64,000 bases of DNA from Eledone cirrhosa (lineage: Eukaryota), in the NCBI GenBank assembly GCA_964016885.1, contig OZ024741.1, forward strand, positions 217,682,001 to 217,746,000, given 5' to 3'. Under the pieces are notes generated by a model. The model did no database searches and had not been told where the DNA came from. It saw nothing but the letters and a program-made list of their open reading frames with translations. A program made the position numbers and the translations under genes. This document shows, piece by piece, positions 51,051 through 63,729 of this stretch (position 1 is the stretch's first letter; the number at the start of each line of letters is the position of its first letter).

Positions 51051-51988
51051 TACTCTTCGGTCTGACCAAATCTTGGTATCAACCATAATAATATGCTACA
51101 TGTGTTTGTATATTCATGAATATCTCCAGCTGTAACTCTTAAAAATGATATACACATGTATACATCGCTGTATGTATCCTGGTTTTTAGAAGAGGTGCAC
51201 CTTATCCCTGTCTGTATCCCTGGCGAATTCACAGAGTTGTGTCGGCTCACTGCACTGAGTTCAAACCCTGCTGAGGTCAACTTTGCCTTTCCTCCTTTTG
51301 AGGTCGAAAAAAAAAGTATCAGTCTAGTACTGGGGTCGATTCTTCCTCTATATGTCTTTCTCACTTTCTATCCTTCTCTGTGAAAAATCAGCTGTGTTCA
51401 GACTTGGAGAGGGATGGGCTCAGCCAAGCTCAAAATGCTCAAGAAACACCATATGCCACTTCAGAGCCCCTATGGCTCCACCAGGAGTTACAGGACCATA
51501 CCATACCCACATACCATATCCCTGTGTGTATCCTGATTTTAGAATAGGTACACTGAATACCCATGTGTGTCCCAGGTTTAAGAATAGGTACACTGTATCC
51601 TTGCATGTCACAAGAGGCAACTAAAAGGGTTCGTATCTGGAAGGGCATCTGGCTGTAAAACATCATCTCAAACCATCCCATTGAAATCCATTCCAGCAGG
51701 GAAAACAGGGAGTGAAAAGAATGTATTTCCTATTTCAGTCATGTTATTACAATAAGAAGTTTGCTTTCAAATAACACAAGGTCATGGGTTGTAAACCTAC
51801 ATTTATCCCTGTAAATAGTTATTTCTCCAAAGTTATTCATATTGTATGTAAAAGGCAGATTGTATGATGATTGTGAGTGAATGGCAATGCTACATGGAAG
51901 TGAGACGTGGGTTTTGTGTTTGGAGGATTTACAAAGATTGGAAATAAATGAGGTGAGCATGCTTTGATAGATATGTAATAGTAGTATA

Positions 51989-52202
51989 CAAGGGTTGGCT
52001 GAAAAGTTCAAAGACGGAAAATTTCATCGGCTGACCAAGATACTCTCATGGAATGACCAAATGAGGTTAATTTTTTTAACATAGTCCCTGGAAAGAAACA
52101 ATGTAGTTATTAATAAGAAGAGTTAAAATGAATGCATGCAAGATTTCGCAGCTCTAGTATCACTCTTTCTTAGTCTGTCTATGAACTTTTTAGCGATCCT
52201 TG
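51989..52202. mobile_element. 214-bp mariner-type MITE
   Basis: TA|CAAGGGTTGGCTGAAAAGTTCA ... TGAACTTTTTAGCGATCCTTG|TA; removal restores the RTE sequence. Confidence 0.85.
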
Positions 52203-52313
52203 TACATAGGCAACGAAGCATCAATGAGCTGAGAGAAAAACTGAGCATAAGAGAGACCAGATGAAGTGATGGTATGGACATGTAATACGTATCAAGAATG
52301 ACAGATACATTAA

Positions 52314-52535
52314 CCCTTTAGCATTTAAACCGCCATATCCGGCCAGAATTCTCTCAACTCTTTCTGTTCAAACTGGTCATAACTGGCTGCTCAAACCAAT
52401 GTTAAGGTATTCTCAAAATAAATAACATAAAAATCTCATAGATTCGATATTATGTGAGATAATTATGTAAGATAATTAAGTCTTTGCCACAAAAATACAA
52501 TAGTATATATAGAGAGTATTGTAAATGCCAAAAGG
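52314..52535. mobile_element. piggyBac-like MITE (inverted sister of 18249-18469)
   Basis: TTAA TSD on both sides; removal restores ..DRYIKKC.. Confidence 0.88.
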
Positions 52536-52684
52536 TTAAGAAATGTGGGGCACATGAAGTCAAAGGAACCCTTGGAAGTGGAAGACCTAGGATGTGATGA
52601 TGTGGGGAGGATCAACCTCAGACAGCTGAACCTCACAAATGAGATGTGTTGGACAAGGTAGGTAAAAATAATATTGATTTGATA

Positions 52685-52872
52685 TAATTGTTTCTAATTT
52701 TGGCACAAGGCCAGCAATTATCCCAGTACATTACTGGTACTTTATTTTATCAACCCCGTAAGGATGAAGGCAAAGTTAACCTCGGCGGGATTTGAACTCA
52801 GAATGGCAAGGGCCATATCTCTATGCTGCAAAGCATGGCGTCCGACCCTCTACTGATACTGCCAATCCACTG
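52685..52872 (-). mobile_element. SINE family A
   Basis: Complete copy. Confidence 0.9.
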
Positions 52873-53082
52873 CCCCTTGATTTGATATGATGATAAACAT
52901 GATCAGAGATTGTATTGGTTTTTATTTCCATCTCACTTCTTCCACCTCCTCCTCCTCCTCTCCCTCTTCCTCCTCCTACTCTCTTCTAAAGTAGAAACAC
53001 TTGCTGAAGGTGTTGCCACACAGTATGACTGAACCTAGAACCAAGTGTCTGATGAGATCTCCAGAACCACACAGCCATATCT

Positions 53083-54095
53083 GAACAACAACAACAACAA
53101 CAGCAACAACAGTAACAACACCAAACAACAACAGTAATAATATCAACAGCAAAAAAACAAACTAACAATAACAGCAATAGCAACAGTAATAACAACAACA
53201 GTAATAACAATAACAACAACAACAACAACAGCAATAACAGTAACAACAGCAACAACAGTAACAACACCAAACAACAACTAATAATATCAACAGCAAAAAA
53301 ACAAACTAACAATAACAGCAATAACAACAGTAATAACAACAACAGTAATAACAACAACAACAATAACAAACAACAATGGTCAGGGCAATGACAACAACAG
53401 CAAAACAAATAGAAATACCAAGTAAACAAATCAATCTGAAGAATTGATCTGGAGATAGTTTCGCAAGAATAAATATATTGATAGTTGTAATAAATACACT
53501 CACATATACATACATGTATATAAACTGATAGTTATAATACACACTCACACATATACACATACATACATAAATATAAAAAAAAACATATGCACACATACAT
53601 ATGTACATACAGACACACATACATTTACACTCAGACACCCATGCATATACATACACAAATAAATATAAAATATATATACATACACATACATATGTACATA
53701 CACATAAAGATGCAGACACATACACAGATATTTACACATATCAGACACATATATAAATACGCTTACATACACATACATAAATAATAGATATAAAATAAAC
53801 ACATGCACACATACATCCATCAATTCATACATACACATACATACATACACACACATACATACATACATAGACATAACACATGCATATACTCAAACACACA
53901 CAGAAATGCATACACGCATACACACACATAACATAACCCACAGAGACATACAGACATGCACACACAGAGCACATATAGGTGTACGCACATGCACACATAC
54001 AGACATACACACAGACAGACAGACATACACACACATACAGACAAACATACTGACACTGATACACATACAGGCAGACATACACATATACATATCTA
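53083..54095. repeat. (AAC/AAT)n tract with an internal duplication, followed by a degenerate (CA/TA)n tract
   Basis: Direct reading. Confidence 0.85.
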
Positions 54096-54284
54096 AATAA
54101 GTAGATAAATAGATTTTAAAACACTAAATCTACATTATCAGTCAATAAAATAGATTTTAATAAAAAAACTAAAAATAAATTAAAGCTAATGAAAATCTGA
54201 GTTTGTAATAAATTAAATATAATGAGTAGAAAATTAATTTCATATCCTTGAAAAAATAAATATTGCTCCAAGGTAGTAGTAATA

Positions 54285-55560
54285 ATAATAATAATAATTG
54301 TTTCTACTTTAGGCACAAGGCCAGAAATTACTCAGTACATTACTGGTACTTTATTTTATCGACCCCGTAAGGATGAAAGGCAAAGTTAACCTCGGCGGGA
54401 TTTGAACTCAGACTGTAAAGGAACGTAACTATGCTAGAAAGCATGGCGTCCAACCCGCTACCGATACTGCCAATTCACCATAATGATTTCTTTATTGGCC
54501 ACAAGGGCTGACATCAAGAAAAACATTACAGATGGCACAGGATGGTACGATGTGGGTTTTGTGCGTGTAAAGATTTTTATTGTTTATATAAGAAACGAAA
54601 AAGAAAAATAAGACATAGAAACATATATATATAAACAATAAAAATGAAAATTCAAACAATGAAAAATTCCCCAATAGAGGGGAAACCTCCGAAGGTTACT
54701 CGTGGCGAAAACCACATGGCTACCCTGACCACCAGGGCAAGCGCCTTCTCTCAATTTTTCCATTCCTCAAACTACAAGCATATATTCAGACCATTCTCGC
54801 TACATTCACCCACCTTTCAACAAACTTCCTAGAAGACAGCACTTGCCTCTCCACCCTGATTTTCCTCTTCAAGTGAAACTTGAAAAAAATAATAATAATA
54901 ATTGTTTCTACTTTTGGCACAAGGCCAGCAATTACCCAGAACATTACTGGTACTTTATTTTATCGACCCCGTAAGGATGAAAGACAAAGTTAACCTCGGC
55001 GGGATTTGAACTCAGATCATAAAGGGCCATAACTCTTTGCTGCAAAGCATAGCATCCAACCCTCTACCAATACTGCCAATCCATCACCCTTTTAATAATA
55101 ATAATAATAATAATGGCTTCTACTACAGGCACAAGGCCAGCAATTTTGGGAGAGTGGAAAGTCGATTAAATTGACCCCCAGTGCATTACTGGTGCTTTAT
55201 TTTAATAATAATAATGATTTCTACTATAGGCACAAGGCCAGCAATTTGAAGGGGAGAGTCGAAAGTTGATTAAATCCATCCCAGTGTATGACTGGTACTT
55301 TATTTTATCGACCCCGTAAGGTTGAAAGGCAAAGCTAACATCTGCGGAATTTATAGACATAACTATATCCTGCAAAGAATTTACGATGCCCTACCAATAC
55401 TGCTAATCCAGTGCCCTAATAATAATAATAATGATTTTTTCTATAAACACAAGGCCAGCAATTTTGGGGAAGGAAAAGTTGATTAAATCAACCCCAGTTC
55501 ATTACTGGTACTTTATTTTATCGACCCTGTAAGGATGAAAGGCAAAGCTTAATCTTGAAT
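54285..55560 (-). mobile_element. Head-to-tail stack of ~5 SINE A copies plus a Tx1/L1-like fragment, separated by (AAT)n
   Basis: All on the minus strand, each tail running into aataataat. Confidence 0.85.
54481..54888 (-). mobile_element. Tx1/L1-like LINE 3' fragment
   Basis: Minus strand encodes FFKFHLKRKIRVERQVLSSRKFVERWVNVARMV* then a T-rich UTR, AATAAA and ATT tail; clade assignment is by motif resemblance only. Confidence 0.6.
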
Positions 55561-55849
55561 AATAATAATAATTTTTATTTTTAATGGCAAAAAGATCTTG
55601 CTTGATTATAGATGTAGCTTGCCCCTTTGACATAAGGGTGCAAGAAAAGGAGGAGAAAATTAACTGGTTCCAGGATTAAATTTGGCAACTGACTTGTGTA
55701 GAGTGCTCAGGTGCACTGCAACTCATCAAAGGTGCATGTATAGTACATAAAATACAGTACAAATGTCATGAAAATGAAGAGTATGAGTCAGGATATACAC
55801 ACAGACACGCAAGCACACACACACACACATGCATGTGTGTGTATGGAGG

Positions 55850-56265
55850 GGGTTTATTAACCATCTTTCAAACAACAACTTTGAGCACCTTTTTGAATTC
55901 CATATGTCGAACACCTGTAGACATGCTTATAAAATCAGAAAACAGTTCAGCTCCCATGGCTTTCAGAAACATTTTTTCACTCTCAGAGTTGTTGAAGCAT
56001 GGAACAAGCTACCTGCATCAGTTGTTAGCTGTCAGAACAGTGCATCCTTGAAAACCTCCATGCTTCCCAAAATTTGCCAACACTACACCTGATATTTCCC
56101 TGCCATACACGCGCAGGCATGTGTGTGCGTGTCTGTGTGTATATCATGACTCATATACTGTTCACTGTCCTGACATTTGTACATTATTTTATGTACTATA
56201 CATGCACCTTTGATGAGTTGTAGTGCACCTGAGCACTGTACACAATAATTTTCATTATTATTATT
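55850..56265 (+). mobile_element. CR1-like LINE 3' end
   Basis: TCRHAYKIRKQ..KHFFTLRVVEAWNKLPASVVS resembles the CR1 C-terminal RGH..K..FF..RVV..WN.LP motif; (ATT)n tail. Confidence 0.75.
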
Positions 56266-56424
56266 TAACTGAAAAGGATTTGGAACTATCATGAGATGAA
56301 GGTCGTCTCAATCATCATAGGAGCACTAGGTGCTATCTCGAAGGATGTAGGTAGTGGCTTGATGTTCATTAGGGCAAATTTTCTGGTTAAATAACATCAA
56401 TGACTGAGATATCAAATTTCTAAT

Positions 56425-57605
56425 AATAATAATTGTTTCTACATTTGGCAGCGATTATCCAGTGCATTACTGGTACTTTATTTTATCGACCCCGTAAAGA
56501 TGAAAGGCAAAGTTAACCTCGGCAGGATTTGAACTCAGATCATAAGGGGACATAACTATGCTGGAAAGCATGTCCGACCCTCTACCGATACTGCCAATAA
56601 TAATAATAATAATGATTTCATTTATTAGCCACAAGGGCCGACATGTAGGGGACAATACAAAGACAGGGACAGTGGGGGTTTACAATAAGGTCGAGTAAAA
56701 GTGCACAATAGCAAGACAAATTTAACAATGAAGATATACAAATATAAAATAAACTATGCATAAATATAACAAAATAAATTCCCCTATGGACGACCCTGGG
56801 GTGACTTGTGTACCCCATCAATCCTGAACCACCCTGCGCTTCTAGGGCACCCAGGGAGAGCACCTCTCTCCTCAAGTTAGCTAGCCTATAGGCGCATGGT
56901 CAGAGTAGGCCCATTCACACGAGCCATTCTCGCCACATTCATCCACCTTTTAGCAAATGTACTGGGGGGGTAGCACTTCTCTCTCCACCCTCACCTTCCT
57001 TTCCAGGTGAAACATGAAGAAGTTGATGAGGGATTAAATCGATCCCAGTGTATTACTGGTACTTTATTTTATTGACCCTGTAAAGATGAAAGGTAAAGTT
57101 GACCTCAGCAGGATTTGAACTCAGAACATAGAAAGTCATAACTAAATAAAGCATTTTGTCCGACGCTCTACCCATTCGGCTGATCCACAATACTTTAATA
57201 ATGGTTCCTTATATAGGCACAAGACCAACAACTTTGGGGGAGGGGAAAATCGATTAAATCGATTACTAGTGCTTTATTTTATCGACCCCGTAATTTTATC
57301 GACCTCGGTGGGATTTGAACTCAGAATGTAAAGGGCCGTAACTCTATGCTGTAAAGCATGTTGTCCAACACAACCGAAACTGGTAATTCATTGCCCTTAA
57401 AATAATTGTTCCTTCTTTTGGCACTTGGTCACAATTTGAAGGGAAGGGGAAAGTGGATTAAATTGACTGGTACTTTATTTTATTGACCCTGTAAGGATGA
57501 AAGGCAAAGTTGATGGTGGCTGGATTTAAACTCAGAACGTAAAGGGCTGTAACTATATACCACAAAGCATGTTGTCCGATGCTCTACTGACTCTACCAAT
57601 CCACT
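56425..57605 (-). mobile_element. Second stack: SINE A copies plus a Tx1/L1-like fragment (56598-57030)
   Basis: Fragment encodes LINFFMFHLERKVRVEREVLPPSTFAKRWMNVARMA, homologous to 54790-54888. Confidence 0.75.
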
Positions 57606-57654
57606 GAATAACAGCAATCTACAATTATTTATCAATGTTTTACTTTACAACAAA

Positions 57655-58248
57655 ACTGTGATAAAATACACCCAGTACACTCTGTAATGTGGTATGGCTG
57701 GTGACATGATAAAATACACCCAGTACACTTTGTAAAGTGGGAGTTTTGGTGTTATGATAAAATACACCTAGTACACTCTGTAATGTGGTAGTGCTGGTGA
57801 TATGATAAAATACACCTAGTACACTCTGTAATGTGGTAGTGCTGGTGATATGATAAAATACACCTAATACACTCTGTAAAGTGGCAGTTCTGGTGTCACA
57901 ATAAAATACACCCAGTACATTCTCTAATGTGGTAGTGCTGGTGACATGATAAAATACACCCAGTACATTGTAAAATAGTAGGGTTCGTGACATGATAAAT
58001 ACACCCAGTACACTCTGTAAAGTGGTAGTGTTGGTGTCATGGTAAAATACACCCAGTTCACACTATAATGTGGTTGGTATTAGGAAGGGCATCCAGTCAT
58101 AGAAAACATGTCTAAAATGGGAGTGGTTGATCAAAACATGGTAATGTCACCTCTCTAGTCTCAAGACTTGACTATCTGTCAAACCCATGCTGACACCGAA
58201 ACTGGGCGTAAAATGGTGACAACAATGATGATAATGACGATGATGACA

Positions 58249-58285
<37 letters not shown>

Positions 58286-58362
58286 CAATAATGATGATGA
58301 TAATGAAGGTAGTGATAAGGATGATGATGATAATAACAATGGAGATGGTGATGATGATAATA

Positions 58363-58396
<34 letters not shown>

Positions 58397-58460
58397 CAAT
58401 GGTTATCATGATGATGATGATGATGATGATGACGTCAACAACAACAATGATGATGATGAA
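57655..58460 (+). repeat. RTE 3' UTR with ~8 48-bp units and a tail expanded to ~240 bp of (GAT)n
   Basis: Units, then ggttggtattaggaagggcatccag..aacccatgct..cgtaaaatggtga, then (GAT)n. Confidence 0.88.
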
Positions 58461-58941
58461 ATTGTGGGTGGAAGAAAGCTCAAAAATACAAAAAAAAAAA
58501 AAAAGATTAAAGATTATAAAACAGTTTGTTTGCTTCACAAAGCAGAAACGATGAAATAATTAAGAGGATTTGTCAGATTCTCTTCTGAAATTCCTATCAT
58601 AAAAACCATTAAAAACATTAATCCCATCAAAGCCATTAAAATACCATTAATATCACTGATGTTTTTAATGGCACACGTACATGGCATGATGTCAGAATGA
58701 TGCAGTTCTCATCTAACAAATGGAAATCTGTCCATCACAGATAGTGATGCTTATGGTGGGTGGATCGGTGGAGCACTGAACTAAAGTGCACTGCAGTCTT
58801 TAATTAAGTTAGTAGCTTCTTTTACACTCTATACAGGGAGTGGGTGGGGTGGAGGTGATAGTATGGAGATATTAAAGGGTAGAGAGGCCTTTAACAGTCA
58901 GGTTGTGCATGCAATGTTACAACCCCCCCCCCACCCTAGAA

Positions 58942-59905
58942 TTGGTGCCATGATAAAATACACCCAGTACACTCTGTAAAGTGGTAGTACTGGTGCCATG
59001 ATAAAATACACCCTGTACACTCTGTAAAGTGGTAGTACTGGTGCCATGATAAAATACACCCAGTACACTCTGTAAAGTTGTAGTACTGGTGCCATGATAA
59101 AATACACGCAGTACACTTTGTAAAGTGGTAGTGCTGGTGCTATGATAAAATACACCTAGTACACTCTGTAAAGTTGTAGTACTGGTGCCATGATAAAATA
59201 CACGCAGTATACTTTGTAAAGTTGTAGTACTGGTGCCATGATAAAATACACGCAGTACACTTTGTAAAGTGGTAGTGCTGGTGCTATGATAAAATACACC
59301 TAGTACACTCTGTAAAGTGGTAGTACTGGTGCCATGATAAAATACACCCAGTACACTCACTAAAGTGGTAGTATTGGTGCTATGATAAAATGTACCCAGT
59401 ACACTCTGTAAAGTGGTAGTATTGGTGCTATGATAAAATACACCCAGTACACTCTGTAAATTGGTAGTATTGGTGCCATGATAAAATACAACCTTTACAC
59501 TCAGTAAAGTGGTAGTATTGGTGCTATGATAAAATGTACCCAGTACACTCTGTAAAATGGTAGTGCTGGTGTCTTGATAAAATCCACCCAGTACACTTTG
59601 TAAAGTGGTAGTGCTGGTACTATGATTAAATGTACCCAGTACACTCTGTAAAGTGGTAGTATTGGTGCTATGATAAAATACACCCAGTACACTCTGTAAA
59701 TTGGTAGTATTGGTGCCATGATAAAATACAACCTTTACACTCAGTAAAGTGGTAGTATTGGTGCTATGATAAAATGTACCCAGTACACTCTGTAAAATGG
59801 TAGTGCTGGTGTCTTGATAAAATCCACCCAGTACACTTTGTAAAGTGGTAGTGCTGGTACTATGATTAAATGTACCCAGTACACTCTGTAAAATGGTTGT
59901 GTTGG
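58942..59905 (+). repeat. 48-bp RTE-UTR-derived minisatellite (~20 copies) with a 240-bp higher-order duplication
   Basis: cacccagtacactctgtaaagtggtagtactggtgccatgataaaata; 59401-59640 repeats as 59641-59880. Confidence 0.95.
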
Positions 59906-59934
59906 TGTACTGACAAAGGTTACTGGGTATATTT

Positions 59935-59968
<34 letters not shown>

Positions 59969-60089
59969 GTAAGCATGTATATACGTATATATATGTGTGT
60001 ATATACATAAATATGTATGTATGTATGTACATGTATATATGTATGTACATACTCCAGCCAGTAGGCATCTCTAACAAATACACCCCGTC

Positions 60090-60430
60090 CCACCACCCCC
60101 ACCCGATCCACACCACCCCGTTCTATGTAAAGTTATGTTGGTGCCGCGCCATCGAGGCCGAAACAAATGAGATCGTGTAGGTGTCACGACAAAAAAACAC
60201 ACAGTCCACGCTGTAATGTGGCCGTGTAGGCAACACGGTAAAAACCTCCCAGACCCACACTGTAAATGTGGTTGGTGTTAGGAAGGGCATCCAACTGTAG
60301 AAAACCTGCCAGACAGTCCTATGCGAGCAAGACAATCACTCTTGCCTCAAGTGGGACTACCCCCGTCCAAACCCATGCAAGCGTGGAACACGGACGTTAA
60401 ACGTTGATGATGATGATGATGATGATGATA
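60090..60430 (+). mobile_element. Family C RTE-tailed element
   Basis: See 22460-22765. Confidence 0.82.
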
Positions 60431-60506
60431 TGTATGATTGTGATCACACATCATTTAATATTTTAACACTGGCTCACCAGCTAGCATGGGTGGAACAGAC
60501 CGGGCA

Positions 60507-60538
<32 letters not shown>

Positions 60539-60927
60539 TAAAGGGATATATATGTATATATACTGTATATATGTTGAATGAAGAATCAAGCCCCACACCC
60601 TATTACTGGTCTATGAGTAATCTGATTATATAAACTAACCTTGCCCCCCCCCCCCACCGACCCCAAACAGAGACAAATACAATGAAGATCCGTGACTAAC
60701 ACTATAGTATATATATGTATATATATATATATGTATGCATATATATGTATATTATGCATATATATGTATGTATATATATATGTATGCATTTATATATATG
60801 TATATATATATGTATATATATATATATGTATGCATTTATATATATGTATATATATATATATATGCATTTATATATATGTATATATATATATATATGCATT
60901 TATATATATGTATATATATATATATAT

Positions 60928-60970
60928 AACCCATGCTAGCATGGAAGATGGACGTTAAACGATGATGATG
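60928..60970 (+). mobile_element. ~42-bp minimal RTE 3' tip within (TA)n
   Basis: aacccatgctagcatggaagatggacgttaaacgatgatgatg between TA and TATG repeats. Confidence 0.8.
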
Positions 60971-61200
60971 TATGTATGTATATTTATATATATATATATA
61001 TATACCCCACCCTGGATAACGATAACGTAATCTTGATAAGAATATATATATATGTGGATGTTATATATATATATATATAAATATATATATTTAAAAAATA
61101 TATATATACAGACACACATATATATAGAGAGAGAGAAAGAAAGGAGAGAGATATGTCTTTATGTAAGTTAGCTGGCACCTATTAGTCTATCTATATATCT

Positions 61201-61250
<50 letters not shown>

Positions 61251-61394
61251 ATGTGTGTGTGTGTATGTGTGTATGTGTATGTGTGTGTGTGTGTGTGTGC
61301 GTGTCTGTCTGTGTGTGTAAACCGATGATGTAACCAACTAAATTCGTGGTATTGGTGAGTACTGGTGCTGGGTGTTGAAAAGGGGGGAGGTGTT

Positions 61395-61542
61395 GAGTGG
61401 AGGGTGATGAGTGGAGGGTGGCGAGTGGAGGGTGGCGAGTGGAGGGTGGCGAGTGGAGGGTGATGAGTGGAGGGTGGCGAGTGGAGGGTGATGAGTGGAG
61501 GGTGGCGAGTGGAGGGTGATGAGTGGAGGGTGATGAGTGGTG
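61395..61542. repeat. 14-bp G-rich minisatellite
   Basis: gagtggagggtg(at/gc) x ~10. Confidence 0.92.
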
Positions 61543-61629
61543 GCCGATTTGTCAGTAAGAATGACTAGCTTAGATTAATGGATGAGTGCATTGTCTATCT
61601 CGGTGTACAGGGCAAGCAGCAAGCATGGC

Positions 61630-62790
61630 TGTTTGTGTGTGGCTTGTCTACCTTGGAGTACAGGGTAAGCAAGACTGTATGTGACTTGTCTATCTTGGAG
61701 TACAGGACAAGCAAGACTGTGTGTGGCTTGTCTCGGAGTACAGGGTAAGCTAAGCTGTGTGTGGCTTGTCTACCTTGGAGTACAGGACAAGCTAGGTTGT
61801 GTGTGGCTTGTCTATCTTGGAGTACAGAGCAAGCTAGGTTGTGTGTGGCTTGTCTATCTTGGAGTGTAGGACAAGCTAGACTGTGTGTGGCTTGTCTATC
61901 TTGGAGTGTAGGACAAGCTAGACTGTGTGTGGCTTGTCTATCTTGGAGTGTAGGACAAGCTAGACTGTGTGTGGCTTGTCTATCTTGGAGTGTAGGACAA
62001 GCTAGACTGTGTGTGGCTTGTCTATCTTGGAGTGTAGGACAAGCTAGACTGTGTGTGGCTTGTCTATCTTGGAGTGTAGGACAAGCTAGACTGTGTGTGG
62101 CTTGTCTATCTTGGAGTATAGGACAAGCTAGACTGTGTGTGGCTTGTCTATCTTGGAGTATAGGACAAGCTAGACTGTGTGTGGCTTGTCTATCTTGGAG
62201 TGTAGGACAAGCTAGACTGTGTGTGGCTTGTCTATCTTGGAGTGTAGGACAAGCTAGACTGTGTGTGGCTTGTCTATCTTGGAGTGTAGGACAAGCTAGA
62301 CTGTGTGTGGCTTGTCTATCTTGGAGTGTAGGACAAACTAGACTGTGTGTGGCTTGTCTATCTTGGAGTGTAGGACAAGCTAGACTGTGTGTGGCTTGTC
62401 TATCTTGGAGTATAGGACAAGTTAGACTGTGTGTGGCTTGTCTATCTTGGAGTGTAGGACAAGCTAGACTGTGTGTGGCTTGTCTATCTTGGAGTGTAGG
62501 ACAAGCTAGACTGTGTGTGGCTTGTCTATCTTGGAGTGTAGGACAAGCTAGACTGTGTGTGGCTTGTCTATCTTGGAGTGTAGGACAAGCTAGACTGCGT
62601 GTGGCTTGTCTATCTTGGAGTGTAGGACAAGCTAGACTGTGTGTGGCTTGTCTATCTTGGAGTGTAGGACAAGCTAGACTGTGTGTGGCTTGTCTATCTT
62701 GGAGTATAGGACAAGCTAGACTGTGTGTGGCTTGTCTATCTTGGAGTGTAGGACAAGCTAGGCTGTGTGTGGCTTGTCTATCTTGGAATA
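61630..62790. repeat. 42-bp minisatellite (~27 copies) with internal dyad
   Basis: ggacaagctagactgtgtgtggcttgtctatcttggagtgta; GACAAGC...GCTTGTC stem. Confidence 0.97.
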
Positions 62791-63249
62791 CCAATAACAA
62801 AGTTCTGAGTTCCAGGCCAAATTTACTTTTCATCATCCAGGGAAGGGGTGGGGCAATACATAAAGAAACAGTCCAATCCTGGGGGTCTCTCTCCGTCTCT
62901 CTCTCTGGAAGATATCCAATGCATGTTCCCCTCTCACCGAACTTGTATTTGATCACACGACCTGCTAGACATAGCAGCAAAATCTCCCTCAAATCACACC
63001 CTTTCAGTTTTCAATAAAACAAGCATTGAAGACATATGTGTGTATGCACCATCACCCGTGATGGAGTCGTAAGAGTGCCATAGTGACATTTTAAACCAGG
63101 TGGAGCCTATTCCTCTCTAGGCTGTGAGACATTTATTGTATTGATCTTAGAGTTTATTGATTGGATTAGTCACTGCTATGAGATGACACCAGTCTTTTAC
63201 AAATGATGGTGTTGTACCAAATATATTAACATACATACACACGCATATA

Positions 63250-63473
63250 TCATCATTTCATTTTCATTTCATTTTATGTCTGCTTTTTCCCTGCTTGCAA
63301 GGGTGGGACAGGAACTGATTCTGGCTTGATTTCTACAGCTGGATGCCCTTCCTAACACCAACCTTATTTACAGTGAGTGTTGGGTGCTTTTTTTCCGTGG
63401 CACCTCCACGACCATTTTGCAGTGGAATGATAGGGACCCCAGTCCCTATCATCTCATTTCTACAGCTGAGTAA
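63250..63473 (-). mobile_element. 5'-truncated SINE family B, tail type 5
   Basis: Matches 46425-46645. Confidence 0.85.
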
Positions 63474-63499
63474 ATATATATATATATATATTCATCATA

Positions 63500-63715
63500 G
63501 AGAAGGCATGTGGTTGATTGGTTAGAGAACTGGATTCACAATCGTGAGGTTGTGAGTCCGATTCCCGGACTGTGCGATACATTATGTCCTTGAGCAAGAC
63601 ACTTTATTTCACGTTGTTCCTTCTACCTGGAGTTGCAACCGATAGATAGTATTAGCAATTGGAAAGACCAATGGAAACATTGTTTCCTCGGTCCGATTTG
63701 GCGAAAGTCGATCAA
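63500..63715 (+). mobile_element. SINE family B, tail type 3
   Basis: Matches 24040-24240. Confidence 0.85.
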
Positions 63716-63729
63716 CAAATACATATTCC

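Larger units (their letters stand above)
51835..52630 (+). pseudogene. Decayed RTE ORF C-terminus interrupted by two MITEs
   Basis: KGRLYDD..AMLHGSETWVLCLEDLQRLE ... RQRSINELREKLSIR ... YGHVIRIKND ... GRPR. Confidence 0.85.

Noticed and set aside
61595-63017. 465-aa and 418-aa overlapping ORFs
   Set aside because: 42-bp tandem repeat; the flanks are SINE sequence
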